DNA of 23,453 bases, taken from Candidatus Hodarchaeota archaeon (GTDB lineage: Archaea > Asgardarchaeota > Heimdallarchaeia > Hodarchaeales > Hodarchaeaceae). The notes under the pieces are model-generated. The model saw only the letters and a list, made by a program, of their open reading frames with translations, was not told where the DNA came from and did not search any database. Of the stretch, positions 1 through 7,944 are shown piece after piece. The stretch spans positions 1 to 23,453 of the forward strand of contig JAEOTM010000114.1 in the NCBI GenBank assembly GCA_016839815.1, given 5' to 3'. Position 1 is the first letter of the stretch. Each line of letters starts with the position of its first letter. The position numbers and the translations under genes were made by a program.

Positions 1-370
1 ATACTAATTCCTCACGATACCGATTAGTGAGGATTTTTAATTCTTTAGAACGAACTCTAACAATATGGGCATAGAGGGTTACATACCCGTGGGTATTACC
101 TTTTGCAAAAAAAGAAGTACACCATCCTACCCAATCTGCAAACCGTGCAGGAGGGGACAGATAGACAAAGGGATGAAACCGTTCGTAATCACAAGAAACA
201 ATTCTTCCTTTCTTATCTCGAACAACAGTCTCAAATGCAAAGGAAGTTATTTGGGGTACTAGAATCTTGTGGGGAGCACTAGAGACATGAATCAGATACT
301 GATAGTCACGTGAATATTTCTTCTTTCGAGATCGAACATAGTGGCCTAGTGGGTTCTTTCGGGAAGCCAT
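1..370 (-). CDS. Partial CDS, hypothetical protein (first 123 codons; continues past the left edge)
   Basis: Absent from the ORF track because it has no stop inside the window. Hand translation of the minus strand from the ATG at 370-368 gives MASRKNPLGHYVRSRKKKYSRDYQYLIHVSSAPHKILVPQITSFAFETVVRDKKGRIVSCDYERFHPFVYLSPPARFADWVGWCTSFFAKGNTHGYVTLYAHIVRVRSKELKILTNRYREELV, open down to position 1. An in-frame TAG lies four codons upstream of the ATG. No family recognised. Confidence 0.4.
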   Translation of the reverse strand, partial: MASRKNPLGHYVRSRKKKYSRDYQYLIHVSSAPHKILVPQITSFAFETVVRDKKGRIVSCDYERFHPFVYLSPPARFADWVGWCTSFFAKGNTHGYVTLYAHIVRVRSKELKILTNRYREELV

Positions 371-798
371 CGCGTGTGAAAGCTATTCCCACGATGCCAG
401 AATCGGGATATAAGATTCTCACACACTCTAAAAATAAGCATATGCTGAAAATCTGGTAATAACTACATAAAGTCTTCTCTTCCAGAACATTCGAAGTAAT
501 CTGTATCAAATATGATTTCTATTCATATCCTATTTTAAATAGACCTGTCTATAATGAATGAATCCCACAACAAAAGCATTTTTTGTCATTTACATTCTAT
601 GTAAGAATCATAGGCACGACTAATTATTATCGGCCGGCCTATAATGATTTTTATTTCATTCCTAGGATTCAAAAGCGTAATCCTGAATTTCATGATCAAC
701 TCTTCTGTATTCTTGGATCAAACTATGTTAATTACTTCGACGAAAAACGAAATCGATTGGCTAAACCAAGAAAATAAAACCAATCGCTATTCCAATAA

Positions 799-1686
799 TC
801 ATTCTGGAAACAAAGGAATGAAACCATTCCCTCTTGCTTGATTGATAATTTCCTCTTGCTCAACAGAGGTCAAATTCTTAAAGTGTTTTCCTGCATCAAT
901 CACCATAGGCCATAAACGCAAATCACAGGGAAGTGAATATGTGCAGACACCTACTTGTGATAAAGTAAACCATACCGCATGATCAATCCATGTTTTATCA
1001 TCTAATGGTTCGTACCATGTATGATAGGTCTTTCTATGTTGCCATCTTCTCTTATGGATCGCTTTGATGGCTGTCACACCGATATCTCTCTCTCGTGCTA
1101 GTCTTAATAGTGGTCTATAATCATTCACCGAATGGGGATGAGCTCTAGAGGCAAGATTTACTGGAAATAAGACGGTTGCAAAATCATCAAAACGTTCTAT
1201 TGCTGAGATGAGTACTTGCGCATCATCATGCCCTGTGATACCTATATTTCGTATCAACCCTGTCTCTTTCGCTTCTTTCACTGCTTCCAGTGCTCCCTCT
1301 TTGCTAAAAATAGTGTCCACTTCGTTCAGATCCCTAACTGCATGAAACTGATATAGATCCAATGTATCAGTGCCAAGACGTTTTAACGATTGGTGTAGCT
1401 CTTTCCAGGCTCCTTTCTTTGTTCTTTCCATGGTTTTATTGGCTAAAAAGAGTTTTTTTCGATATTTTTGGATCCATGGATATAATCGGATCTCTGCCTC
1501 TCCATAAGAAGGTGCTACATCAATTATATTTATTCCTGCATCGATTACTTGCTGTATCGCTTGATCCGCGACTTTTTGGGCTTTTTCAATACTTTCTTCA
1601 TGCTCATGTAGCCATCCTAAACCACATCCTCCCAAGGTAATTATTGATGCTGAATGTCCTGTTTTGCCAAATGTACGCTTTTCCAT
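799..1686 (-). CDS. Aldo/keto reductase family oxidoreductase
   Basis: 295 aa ORF. The N-terminus MEKRTFGKTGHSASIITLGGCGLG, later DVAPSYGEAE, LDLYQFHAV and IGITGH segments, and the overall length match the AKR (TIM-barrel NAD(P)H oxidoreductase) pattern as I know it. Confidence 0.8.
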   Translation of the reverse strand: MEKRTFGKTGHSASIITLGGCGLGWLHEHEESIEKAQKVADQAIQQVIDAGINIIDVAPSYGEAEIRLYPWIQKYRKKLFLANKTMERTKKGAWKELHQSLKRLGTDTLDLYQFHAVRDLNEVDTIFSKEGALEAVKEAKETGLIRNIGITGHDDAQVLISAIERFDDFATVLFPVNLASRAHPHSVNDYRPLLRLARERDIGVTAIKAIHKRRWQHRKTYHTWYEPLDDKTWIDHAVWFTLSQVGVCTYSLPCDLRLWPMVIDAGKHFKNLTSVEQEEIINQARGNGFIPLFPE

Positions 1687-1896
1687 TTCTTAAACTCCAT
1701 TTAATTCTTGATGAATAGGAATTTTGTTTTTCAAATTAGAATAAATTGAGTTCCTTCCTTACCAATGCTCTCTACTATTAGAGATTTGATGTTATTGAAA
1801 CCTATCCTATAGATTTAATATATGTAATAGCTTTACTTCCAAAAGTTTTTGAGTAACATATTATTCCCCTAGATATTCAGTTACCAGTGATGTGTT

Positions 1897-2859
1897 ATGA
1901 AATATTGTGCAAAATGTGGAACGGAAAATCCTGAAAGTGGTCTTTTCTGTATGAGTTGTGGTGAACGCTTTCCTAAAGAAGCTGCTGGAGATTCTTCGCA
2001 GACTCTTCCATCTCCCTCACCTAGTTACGGTGAAAAAAACCAGCGAATAGTAAAATCAATAGCTCCAGGTGTTCAACATGTACAAGAAGTGCAACCTGTC
2101 CGTGAAAAGTTCGGTAATCTTATCTTTAGTTCAAATTATAATAGTCTAACAATAGGTGCATTAGTATTTGGATTGACTCCCTTACTCTCTATTGGAATAA
2201 CTCTGATTTTGGATATATCTGTCCAAAACAGTGACGATCTTTCAATTTTAACTACTATATTTGTATCTATTTGCTTTGGAGTATTCATCTATGGGATATA
2301 TGCTATTTCACAAGAATCCTTACCGATGAATGAACAATTAAGCTCAGTTCCTATTTACTTGGTAATTTATGTACTTGGTACTTTTTTTACCTCGTTGATT
2401 TTCGATAATTTTATCATTACAGAAACAATGTCCCTTGACGAAATAAGGAACGTAGTACAACAGGGTATAGGAATTATTATAATTAATATGCTCATCTCAG
2501 TTTTCCTAGTTCTAGGAGCTATTAAATTTTCTAATTGGTTTGAAGATTTTGTAACTATGCTGGGTGCTCCATATAACGGTCCAACTAATCGTTTCATGTG
2601 GTTTAGTATTTTTACTCTTATCAATTGGGCACTTTTAGCCTTAACCTTTTTCGCTCTCTTAAGTACAATAAATAATTTCTCATACGACAGCTTAAACAAT
2701 GTTAGTATATTTTTAACCATTGCTGCGTTTGTCATTCTCGCAACCGTTGTTCTACAAATTCTAAGTGGCTATAAAATCTATTCTGTATTGAATAATATCC
2801 GCCAAGGCAAGTATGATGGGACTTATCAACAAGACATAATGAATCGATATCAGAGCTGA
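1897..2859 (+). CDS. Zinc-ribbon domain membrane protein (hypothetical)
   Basis: 320 aa ORF. It has an N-terminal CxxC-x11-CxxC zinc ribbon (MKYCAKCGTENPESGLFCMSCGERF), a Ser/Pro-rich linker, then multiple hydrophobic helices. The linker contains a peptide duplicated from the Trm5 C-terminus (see repeats). Confidence 0.7.
   Translation: MKYCAKCGTENPESGLFCMSCGERFPKEAAGDSSQTLPSPSPSYGEKNQRIVKSIAPGVQHVQEVQPVREKFGNLIFSSNYNSLTIGALVFGLTPLLSIGITLILDISVQNSDDLSILTTIFVSICFGVFIYGIYAISQESLPMNEQLSSVPIYLVIYVLGTFFTSLIFDNFIITETMSLDEIRNVVQQGIGIIIINMLISVFLVLGAIKFSNWFEDFVTMLGAPYNGPTNRFMWFSIFTLINWALLALTFFALLSTINNFSYDSLNNVSIFLTIAAFVILATVVLQILSGYKIYSVLNNIRQGKYDGTYQQDIMNRYQS
2038..2082 (+). repeat. Copy A of a 45 bp inverted duplication (encodes NQRIVKSIAPGVQHV)
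   Basis: aaccagcgaatagtaaaatcaatagctccaggtgttcaacatgta matches the reverse complement of 3875-3919 (aaccagcggatcataaaatcaatcgcaccaggagtaaaccattat). About 34 of 45 nt and 12 of 15 aa are identical, and both copies are in frame in their host genes. Confidence 0.8.
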
Positions 2860-2874
2860 TAATTCTACTCCACA

Positions 2875-3858
2875 GTGCTGGTTTACCCATTATTTCCAGC
2901 ACAATTTTTTTTCTTTCACTTTATGGAGATTATAAGGGATGAAAGAGGATACAATTATGGCGTTTTTATGTCTACTACGGATTCTCAAATCTCCTCATTT
3001 ATCACCACATTGGAATCTCATCCCCGAGCGACTGAGTTAATCCCTCTTGTTGAACAATTATTCAATGTAGATGATTTTTCAGCTGAGGCTCAGCTTACTG
3101 CGATTCTTCTCGATATTTGTGGGACTGATCCCTCATTAATCACTGACCTCTGGCTTTTACGGGGAACTATTCTTTTGGAGGAAGGATTATCCTTACGTGC
3201 TATCGCTATTTTCTGGGAAGCGGTTCACATTCAGCCTACAGAACTTGATCCTTGGGAACAAGTTATTCAAATTTTTATTTCTAGAGAAGAATTGATAAAC
3301 GCTTCTTATTTTCTCACCAAAGCTCAAATAGTATTCCCTGAAAATTCTGATCTTTCAAGTCTATTGCAAAATCTTACTCAGCAAATTCTGATGAATCTTC
3401 AAAATGTACCTGGAGTGACGAAAGACGGGAAGTTGGTTTCTATCTCACTCACATCGCCAATGTTTCAGGAAGGAACCCGGAGTTTGAATCGGGATTCTAC
3501 CCTCGTTATATTCCCCGACACTTTCCATAATCCCTGGAAAATGACTCACGAATGTTTTAAAGAGAGTAATGTTTCCTCAAACCAAAAAGATAAGCAGGCA
3601 TTCATAACTTATGCTCATTCTGCTATGCTTGAATTACTTGGTTTAGACGGAAACTTTCGTGAGGGACTCGATCAAGCCCTTATTCGATTTCAACTCACCA
3701 CCTATAAACAACCTTTGATGTTCCTTAATCGAATCCGTAATCAGGTTGTTCATGCAAACACCATTCCATCCAAAAAAGAGATCCAGCGAATATATTCACT
3801 AGTTCAGGAGATTGTGACTCATTTTGAAGAGCAATTCAGGCAGAATCAGTGTGATTAA
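2875..3858 (+). CDS. Hypothetical protein with TPR-like helical repeats and a C-terminal HEPN-like Rx4H motif
   Basis: 327 aa maximal ORF from a GTG at 2875. Its first ~16-31 codons translate a poly-T tract (FPAQFFFFHF), so the true start is more likely the ATG at 2923 or 2968. The middle region (LLRGTILLEEGLSLRAIAIFWEAVHIQPTELDPWEQ...) looks TPR-like. The C-terminal FLNRIRNQVVHAN (R at 3736-3738, H at 3751-3753) followed by a helix resembles the HEPN/DUF4145-type R-x4-H motif. Confidence 0.6.
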   Translation: MLVYPLFPAQFFFFHFMEIIRDERGYNYGVFMSTTDSQISSFITTLESHPRATELIPLVEQLFNVDDFSAEAQLTAILLDICGTDPSLITDLWLLRGTILLEEGLSLRAIAIFWEAVHIQPTELDPWEQVIQIFISREELINASYFLTKAQIVFPENSDLSSLLQNLTQQILMNLQNVPGVTKDGKLVSISLTSPMFQEGTRSLNRDSTLVIFPDTFHNPWKMTHECFKESNVSSNQKDKQAFITYAHSAMLELLGLDGNFREGLDQALIRFQLTTYKQPLMFLNRIRNQVVHANTIPSKKEIQRIYSLVQEIVTHFEEQFRQNQCD

Positions 3859-4711
3859 TGCAGATATCATCGACATAATGGTTTACTCCTGGTGCGATTG
3901 ATTTTATGATCCGCTGGTTTGTAGATTCAATTTGAAAATGAGGAAATTTATTATTAATCAGCTGATTAATTGCTTCACGACAACTAGAGGGTTGTTTTTC
4001 TGTGGTTATTCCGTGGGTATGAATCACACCCCCTTGATCTTGTTTTAAGGCCTGTAGAGCGATTTCTAGTTGTTTAGAACTGATATCAAAATATCCCATT
4101 AAAACACGGTCTGCCCAATTTTTGGGGGTTTTATTCTTATTATCTCCTAAGATTGGTTTATATCGTGCTTCTAAGTGATTAATTTGGATATTTTTTTCTA
4201 AAAACGAATATGCGTACGGATTGATTTCAATTCCTTTAATATGTACTGTTGGGTGGTGTACACCTATAGGGAGAGATAGATTTCCGACACATGCAAACAT
4301 ATCTATAATATGTTCTCCCTCAGTCGTGATTTCAATTAGGCGTTGTCGTTCTGCATGGTTTCCGGTTGAGAAAGTCAGTTTTAATGCATCGAGCCAGAAC
4401 TTACATCCGAGTTCTTTATGGAGAGTGACCGTATTATTATCACCTGCAAGTATTTCAAATCCTGGTGTACGGATTTTCGCTGTTGTGACTCCCACTTTTT
4501 GCATGACTGTTGTTAATTCGCTTAGTCCAGCTAAATAACTTTGACCTATTTGCTTTCTCCATGGTAATAGACTAGAATGGAGTTCAATTATTCCCACCGT
4601 CCCTACTCGTCTCCAATGTCTTGGGAGACGATCAATTAACTCTACTGGTAAATATCCTTCTTCTTTTACAGAGTGTACTATATAGTCGAAAGGAGTCTTC
4701 CGTTTGCTCAA
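3836..4711 (-). CDS. trm5: tRNA methyltransferase of the Trm5/Taw2 (Met-10+) family, class I SAM-dependent
   Basis: 291 aa. [46 protein letters not shown] and the C-terminal [12 protein letters not shown] line up with my recollection of M. jannaschii Trm5b motifs (KLDVAKIMFSPANVKER, VVDMFAGIGHLSLPIAV, ADRILMGY, IKRYAPGVWHVV). The TTG start at 4711-4709 overlaps the S14 TGA stop (4710-4708). Confidence 0.85.
   Translation of the reverse strand: MSKRKTPFDYIVHSVKEEGYLPVELIDRLPRHWRRVGTVGIIELHSSLLPWRKQIGQSYLAGLSELTTVMQKVGVTTAKIRTPGFEILAGDNNTVTLHKELGCKFWLDALKLTFSTGNHAERQRLIEITTEGEHIIDMFACVGNLSLPIGVHHPTVHIKGIEINPYAYSFLEKNIQINHLEARYKPILGDNKNKTPKNWADRVLMGYFDISSKQLEIALQALKQDQGGVIHTHGITTEKQPSSCREAINQLINNKFPHFQIESTNQRIIKSIAPGVNHYVDDICINHTDSA
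3875..3919 (-). repeat. Copy B of the 45 bp inverted duplication (encodes [15 protein letters not shown], native Trm5 C-terminal motif)
   Basis: See copy A. This copy sits in the conserved C-terminal strand of the Trm5 fold, so it is the likely source copy. Confidence 0.8.
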
Positions 4712-4866
4712 TATTTCCGAAAACCTAAATCTCCAGCAATTTCACGGATACATCGACGGCAGATGTTAAGACCATATTTCCGGATGATCGCTCTATGAGT
4801 TCCACAGCGTCGACAAGTTCGGGCACCTTTTCCCATAGTTTTCTGGGTTTCAGTTGTTTTTTGCAT
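4708..4866 (-). CDS. rps14: 30S ribosomal protein uS14 (S14/S29e, zinc-binding type)
   Basis: Not in the ORF track (52 aa, below the cutoff). Hand translation gives [52 protein letters not shown] with CxxC...CxxC. It lies directly after the L5 stop (2 nt gap), which is the canonical position. Confidence 0.9.
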   Translation of the reverse strand: MQKTTETQKTMGKGARTCRRCGTHRAIIRKYGLNICRRCIREIAGDLGFRKY

Positions 4867-4868
4867 GT

Positions 4869-5465
4869 TTATTCGACTCCTAGGTTATATTCATGTTTAA
4901 AAAAGGCAATTCCTTCTGCTTTCGAAATTTTATGTCGTTTGGGAATCTTGTGTGGACGAATTCGACGTTTCTTCACTCGAAAACCATTTCGTTCTAGAAC
5001 GACTGTAGTATTAAAACCATGAACGCCGATCTTAGGATCATATTTGATATTGGGTAAATCCAGATGGTCACTTATTCCGAAGGATAGATTACCATGCATA
5101 TCAAAGTTTTTAGCAGAAACCCGATCTTCAAGAGCCCAAAGTGATTTTTTCAAAAATTCTTTTGCGAGTTCGCCACGTAATGTTGTAAAAACCGCAATGG
5201 GTTCATGTTTACGTATTGCAAATCCTCTCACTGATTCTTTTGCCTTTCCCTCTGCTGGAACTTGTTTAGTTATTTTTTCACACAGCTCACGAGCTTTTTC
5301 CAGCTCTGGACCTGAGGATCCAACACCAAAATTGACACTAACTTTCTTCACTATCGGTCTTTTCATGGGATGAGTTTTCCAATCATCCACAAATTTTTGT
5401 TCTTCTTCTGTTAATGGAACGGGTTCTCGTTCCTCTTCAACTGGTGCTTTTCCTCTACGACTCAT
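4869..5465 (-). CDS. rpl5: 50S ribosomal protein uL5
   Basis: 198 aa with a uL5-like sequence ([13 protein letters not shown]..., [17 protein letters not shown]). Canonical position between S4e and S14. Confidence 0.9.
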   Translation of the reverse strand: MSRRGKAPVEEEREPVPLTEEEQKFVDDWKTHPMKRPIVKKVSVNFGVGSSGPELEKARELCEKITKQVPAEGKAKESVRGFAIRKHEPIAVFTTLRGELAKEFLKKSLWALEDRVSAKNFDMHGNLSFGISDHLDLPNIKYDPKIGVHGFNTTVVLERNGFRVKKRRIRPHKIPKRHKISKAEGIAFFKHEYNLGVE

Positions 5466-6231
5466 CTTTCGTCTCTCCGGTTGGTTCTGGTAAAGATACC
5501 ATGGATTTATCTGTACCTACAATGAAGATGTGTGTATCTGAAGTCTTGAGTTCACCTTCATCAGTTTGTAAAGTAATTGTACGCATTTTTCTTCCAAGCT
5601 GTGATTCAATTTCGGTAATTGTTCCAAGTAACCCGACATGTCTGCCTCCTGCAATTAGTCCATAATTACCTTCAGCGAATGGGTAATGCTCCATTACTTC
5701 ATTTGTTTCTAGATTAAATAATACAGAATCTTTGGGGGAGATTTCTTGAACAGGAATTGTTGTTTCTTCCGCAGGATTCACAGCCAGAGTTCTTCCATCA
5801 TGAAACGTGAATTGTGTCAATCCGCCTCGCAGTGAATTCTTCTTTACCACTTGTAAAATCTTTCGTTTTGAATTTTCTTCGGTGATTGGATGTAATATAT
5901 ATAATCTCTTTCCTTGGTATGGAACTAGACGGAAGAATTCTTGTGTTTTTGTGATTTCCAAGACATCCATTGGCCCGATCGCGAATTTATAATCAGTTCT
6001 GACCTTTCCATCTACTTTTACCATTTTTCGTACAAGAATTTTTTTGACTTCGTTCAATGTTTTGGCATACCCCAAGATCTCACGTAATACAATACCTAGT
6101 GGGATTGCAGTTTCATACGATCCTCGGGTAGGATGGGGTCTTATCGTGAATACGCCATGCTTTCGTTTTATAGCGTATGTAATAGGGGCACTTAATCTTT
6201 TACTATGCCTTGTACTTCCTTTGCTTCCCAT
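5455..6231 (-). CDS. rps4e: 30S ribosomal protein eS4
   Basis: 258 aa. The N-terminus MGSKGSTRHSKRLSAPITYAIKRKHGVF...IRPHP is typical of S4e. Position between L24 and L5. Confidence 0.9.
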   Translation of the reverse strand: MGSKGSTRHSKRLSAPITYAIKRKHGVFTIRPHPTRGSYETAIPLGIVLREILGYAKTLNEVKKILVRKMVKVDGKVRTDYKFAIGPMDVLEITKTQEFFRLVPYQGKRLYILHPITEENSKRKILQVVKKNSLRGGLTQFTFHDGRTLAVNPAEETTIPVQEISPKDSVLFNLETNEVMEHYPFAEGNYGLIAGGRHVGLLGTITEIESQLGRKMRTITLQTDEGELKTSDTHIFIVGTDKSMVSLPEPTGETKDES

Positions 6232-6245
6232 TATATTTCAATCCT

Positions 6246-6680
6246 TTATTCTTCCTCTTCTATTTCGCTGATTACTTCGCTTATATCCTCATCTTCAATT
6301 TCCAAGGTTTGTTTTGCTTTTCTTTCTAAGCTTGCTTTGCGTTTGGTTCCCACCTTCCCAAATCTACGAATCACTACCTTTGATACATGGATGGGATACA
6401 TAATTTTGGATTTATCTGCTTTTTCTCGGGCAATCCCTTCAATTAGAAGTTTTTGATTCTTATAATCAGCGGCTTGCACTTTTCCCTCTGTACCCACAAA
6501 GTCACCGGATGAAACATAGACTGTATCTCCTTTGCGGACTGGGATTCGTTTAATCTTGTATTTTTTCCTTAGTTCTTTGGAGACACGAGCTGACATAAGT
6601 TTATGCCTATGAAATGAACTTGCTTTTGTAATTCGATTCCGTTGTTTTGACGGATTCTTAGTTTTTAACTGAGAGGTCAT
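6246..6680 (-). CDS. rpl24: 50S ribosomal protein uL24 (L26e type) with acidic C-terminal tail
   Basis: 144 aa. It carries a KOW-type core (IPVRKGDTVYVSSGDFVGTEGKV) in the canonical position after L14. The last 19 aa are LEIEDEDISEVISEIEEEE. Confidence 0.9.
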   Translation of the reverse strand: MTSQLKTKNPSKQRNRITKASSFHRHKLMSARVSKELRKKYKIKRIPVRKGDTVYVSSGDFVGTEGKVQAADYKNQKLLIEGIAREKADKSKIMYPIHVSKVVIRRFGKVGTKRKASLERKAKQTLEIEDEDISEVISEIEEEE

Positions 6681-6695
6681 GGTTTTTCACTATTC

Positions 6696-7112
6696 TCATG
6701 AGATTATTCGTGCTGCGCTGGCAATTCGTGGCCAAGAGTCAGCTGCTTCTTTCGAGACTGTTCCGCGGATCTCACTTCCACGGGGTTCTCCAGTTTCATT
6801 TGTAACCACCACGGCATTATCTTCAAAAGATATCCAACTACCATCTGCACGTTTGTATGGTTTTTTCTGTCGAATAACTACGGCATGGACAATTTGGCGT
6901 CGTAACTTAGGAGATCCTTTTTTGACAGAACACACAATCAGATCACCCACTTTTGCTGCTGGTTGTCTTCTTAATCGTGTTTTATGGCCTTTAACACTAA
7001 TTACTTGAACCATTCTAGCGCCTGAATTATCAGCGACTGGAACAATAGCCCCAGTAGGTAATGCACGGGTTATTTTGCGTGTCACTTGACGCATTGCTCT
7101 TCGTTTTTTCAT
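6696..7112 (-). CDS. rpl14: 50S ribosomal protein uL14
   Basis: 138 aa. ADNSGA, VKKG and IRQKK motifs, in the canonical position. Confidence 0.9.
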   Translation of the reverse strand: MKKRRAMRQVTRKITRALPTGAIVPVADNSGARMVQVISVKGHKTRLRRQPAAKVGDLIVCSVKKGSPKLRRQIVHAVVIRQKKPYKRADGSWISFEDNAVVVTNETGEPRGSEIRGTVSKEAADSWPRIASAARIIS

Positions 7113-7116
7113 GAGC

Positions 7117-7461
7117 TTATTCTCCTAACTCAATCTTTTCGATAACAACAAATGATACTGTTTTGGATATAGGACGACATTCCCCAATTCTGACACGATC
7201 TCCTGTTTTTACATCAATACAGGGTGGATTATGTGCATGCATCCGTGAACTAGATCGACCGTATCGTTTATATTTTCTATTTAATTCTAACTGTGATCTT
7301 TCTACAGTTACTGTTTTATCCATTCTATCTGAAATCACATCTGTCTCAATTACTCTTCCACGTACAGATAATGTACCATGGAATGGACAATTATCATCAT
7401 CACATGTCCTTTTTGGCAATGGGGCGATTCCTATTTGCCTTGAGTATTTTCGTTTTACCAT
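7117..7461 (-). CDS. rps17: 30S ribosomal protein uS17
   Basis: 114 aa. CDDDNCPFHGTLSVRGRV...V.RSQLE...KY.RY pattern, in the canonical position. Confidence 0.9.
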   Translation of the reverse strand: MVKRKYSRQIGIAPLPKRTCDDDNCPFHGTLSVRGRVIETDVISDRMDKTVTVERSQLELNRKYKRYGRSSSRMHAHNPPCIDVKTGDRVRIGECRPISKTVSFVVIEKIELGE

Positions 7462-7688
7462 TTACGTTTCATCCTATGTTTTATACGGTCTTCGTGTCTA
7501 TTTTTGAGTTGATTGCCGTCAATGTTGATTTTTTGATCATTAATTTGAATTTGAATAATTGCTTGATCTTTGGGAATTGTTTTAATACCGTTTTCAGTTT
7601 TGATTTTTAGTGTATTTTTTGTTTCGTTTATTATTTCACCTGTATAGCTATTTCCATAACAGGTAATTTGAGCTGAAATTCCTATCAA
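7455..7688 (-). CDS. rnp1: RNase P protein component 1 (Rpp29/Rnp1); true 5' end probably upstream (candidate ATA at 7757)
   Basis: LIGISAQITCYGNSYTGEIINETKNTLKIKTENG...IDGNQLKNRHEDRIK matches the Rpp29 Sm-like core (ELIG...G.VVDET.NTL.I...IDG..L.GRPEDR.K). Canonical position between L29 and S17. The track start is a TTG that falls on the L of the conserved LIG motif. Confidence 0.8.
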   Translation of the reverse strand: MIGISAQITCYGNSYTGEIINETKNTLKIKTENGIKTIPKDQAIIQIQINDQKINIDGNQLKNRHEDRIKHRMKRKW

Positions 7689-7731
7689 GCGTAATTTTGT
7701 AATATTCTTCCGAAATACCTCTTTGTATGTT

Positions 7732-7944
7732 TTAAAGGGACTGACCTTCTTCTTTATTGATGGTATAGATTCGTGCGATAGTTCGACGTAGTTCTCGTAC
7801 TCTTCCTGCTGATTCGATTGCTCCAGTTTGAGCTTTTGATCGTAATGTGAGAAGTTCAGTTTTCAATTCCTGTAATTTTTTCTCTCTTTCCTTGGCGCTC
7901 ATTTCCCTGATTTTTGATTTTCTCAGAATTGCCATTATCTTCAT
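7732..7944 (-). CDS. rpl29: 50S ribosomal protein uL29
   Basis: 70 aa. LRKSKIREMSAKEREKKLQELKTELLTLRSKA is typical of L29. Canonical position after S3. Confidence 0.9.
   Translation of the reverse strand: MKIMAILRKSKIREMSAKEREKKLQELKTELLTLRSKAQTGAIESAGRVRELRRTIARIYTINKEEGQSL

Noticed and set aside
583-841. Two overlapping 64-65 aa ORFs (583-777, 644-841, + strand) in the AT-rich spacer between the left-edge gene and the aldo/keto reductase
   Set aside because: They have low-complexity, Ile/Phe/Asn/Tyr-rich translations typical of AT-rich non-coding DNA. They overlap each other and the reductase 3' end, and no motif was recognised.
1362-2735. Antisense ORFs 1362-1640 (+) inside the reductase and 2367-2735 (-) inside the zinc-ribbon membrane gene
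   Set aside because: They lie fully inside better-supported genes on the opposite strand. Their sequences are unrecognisable and look like mirror-frame artefacts.
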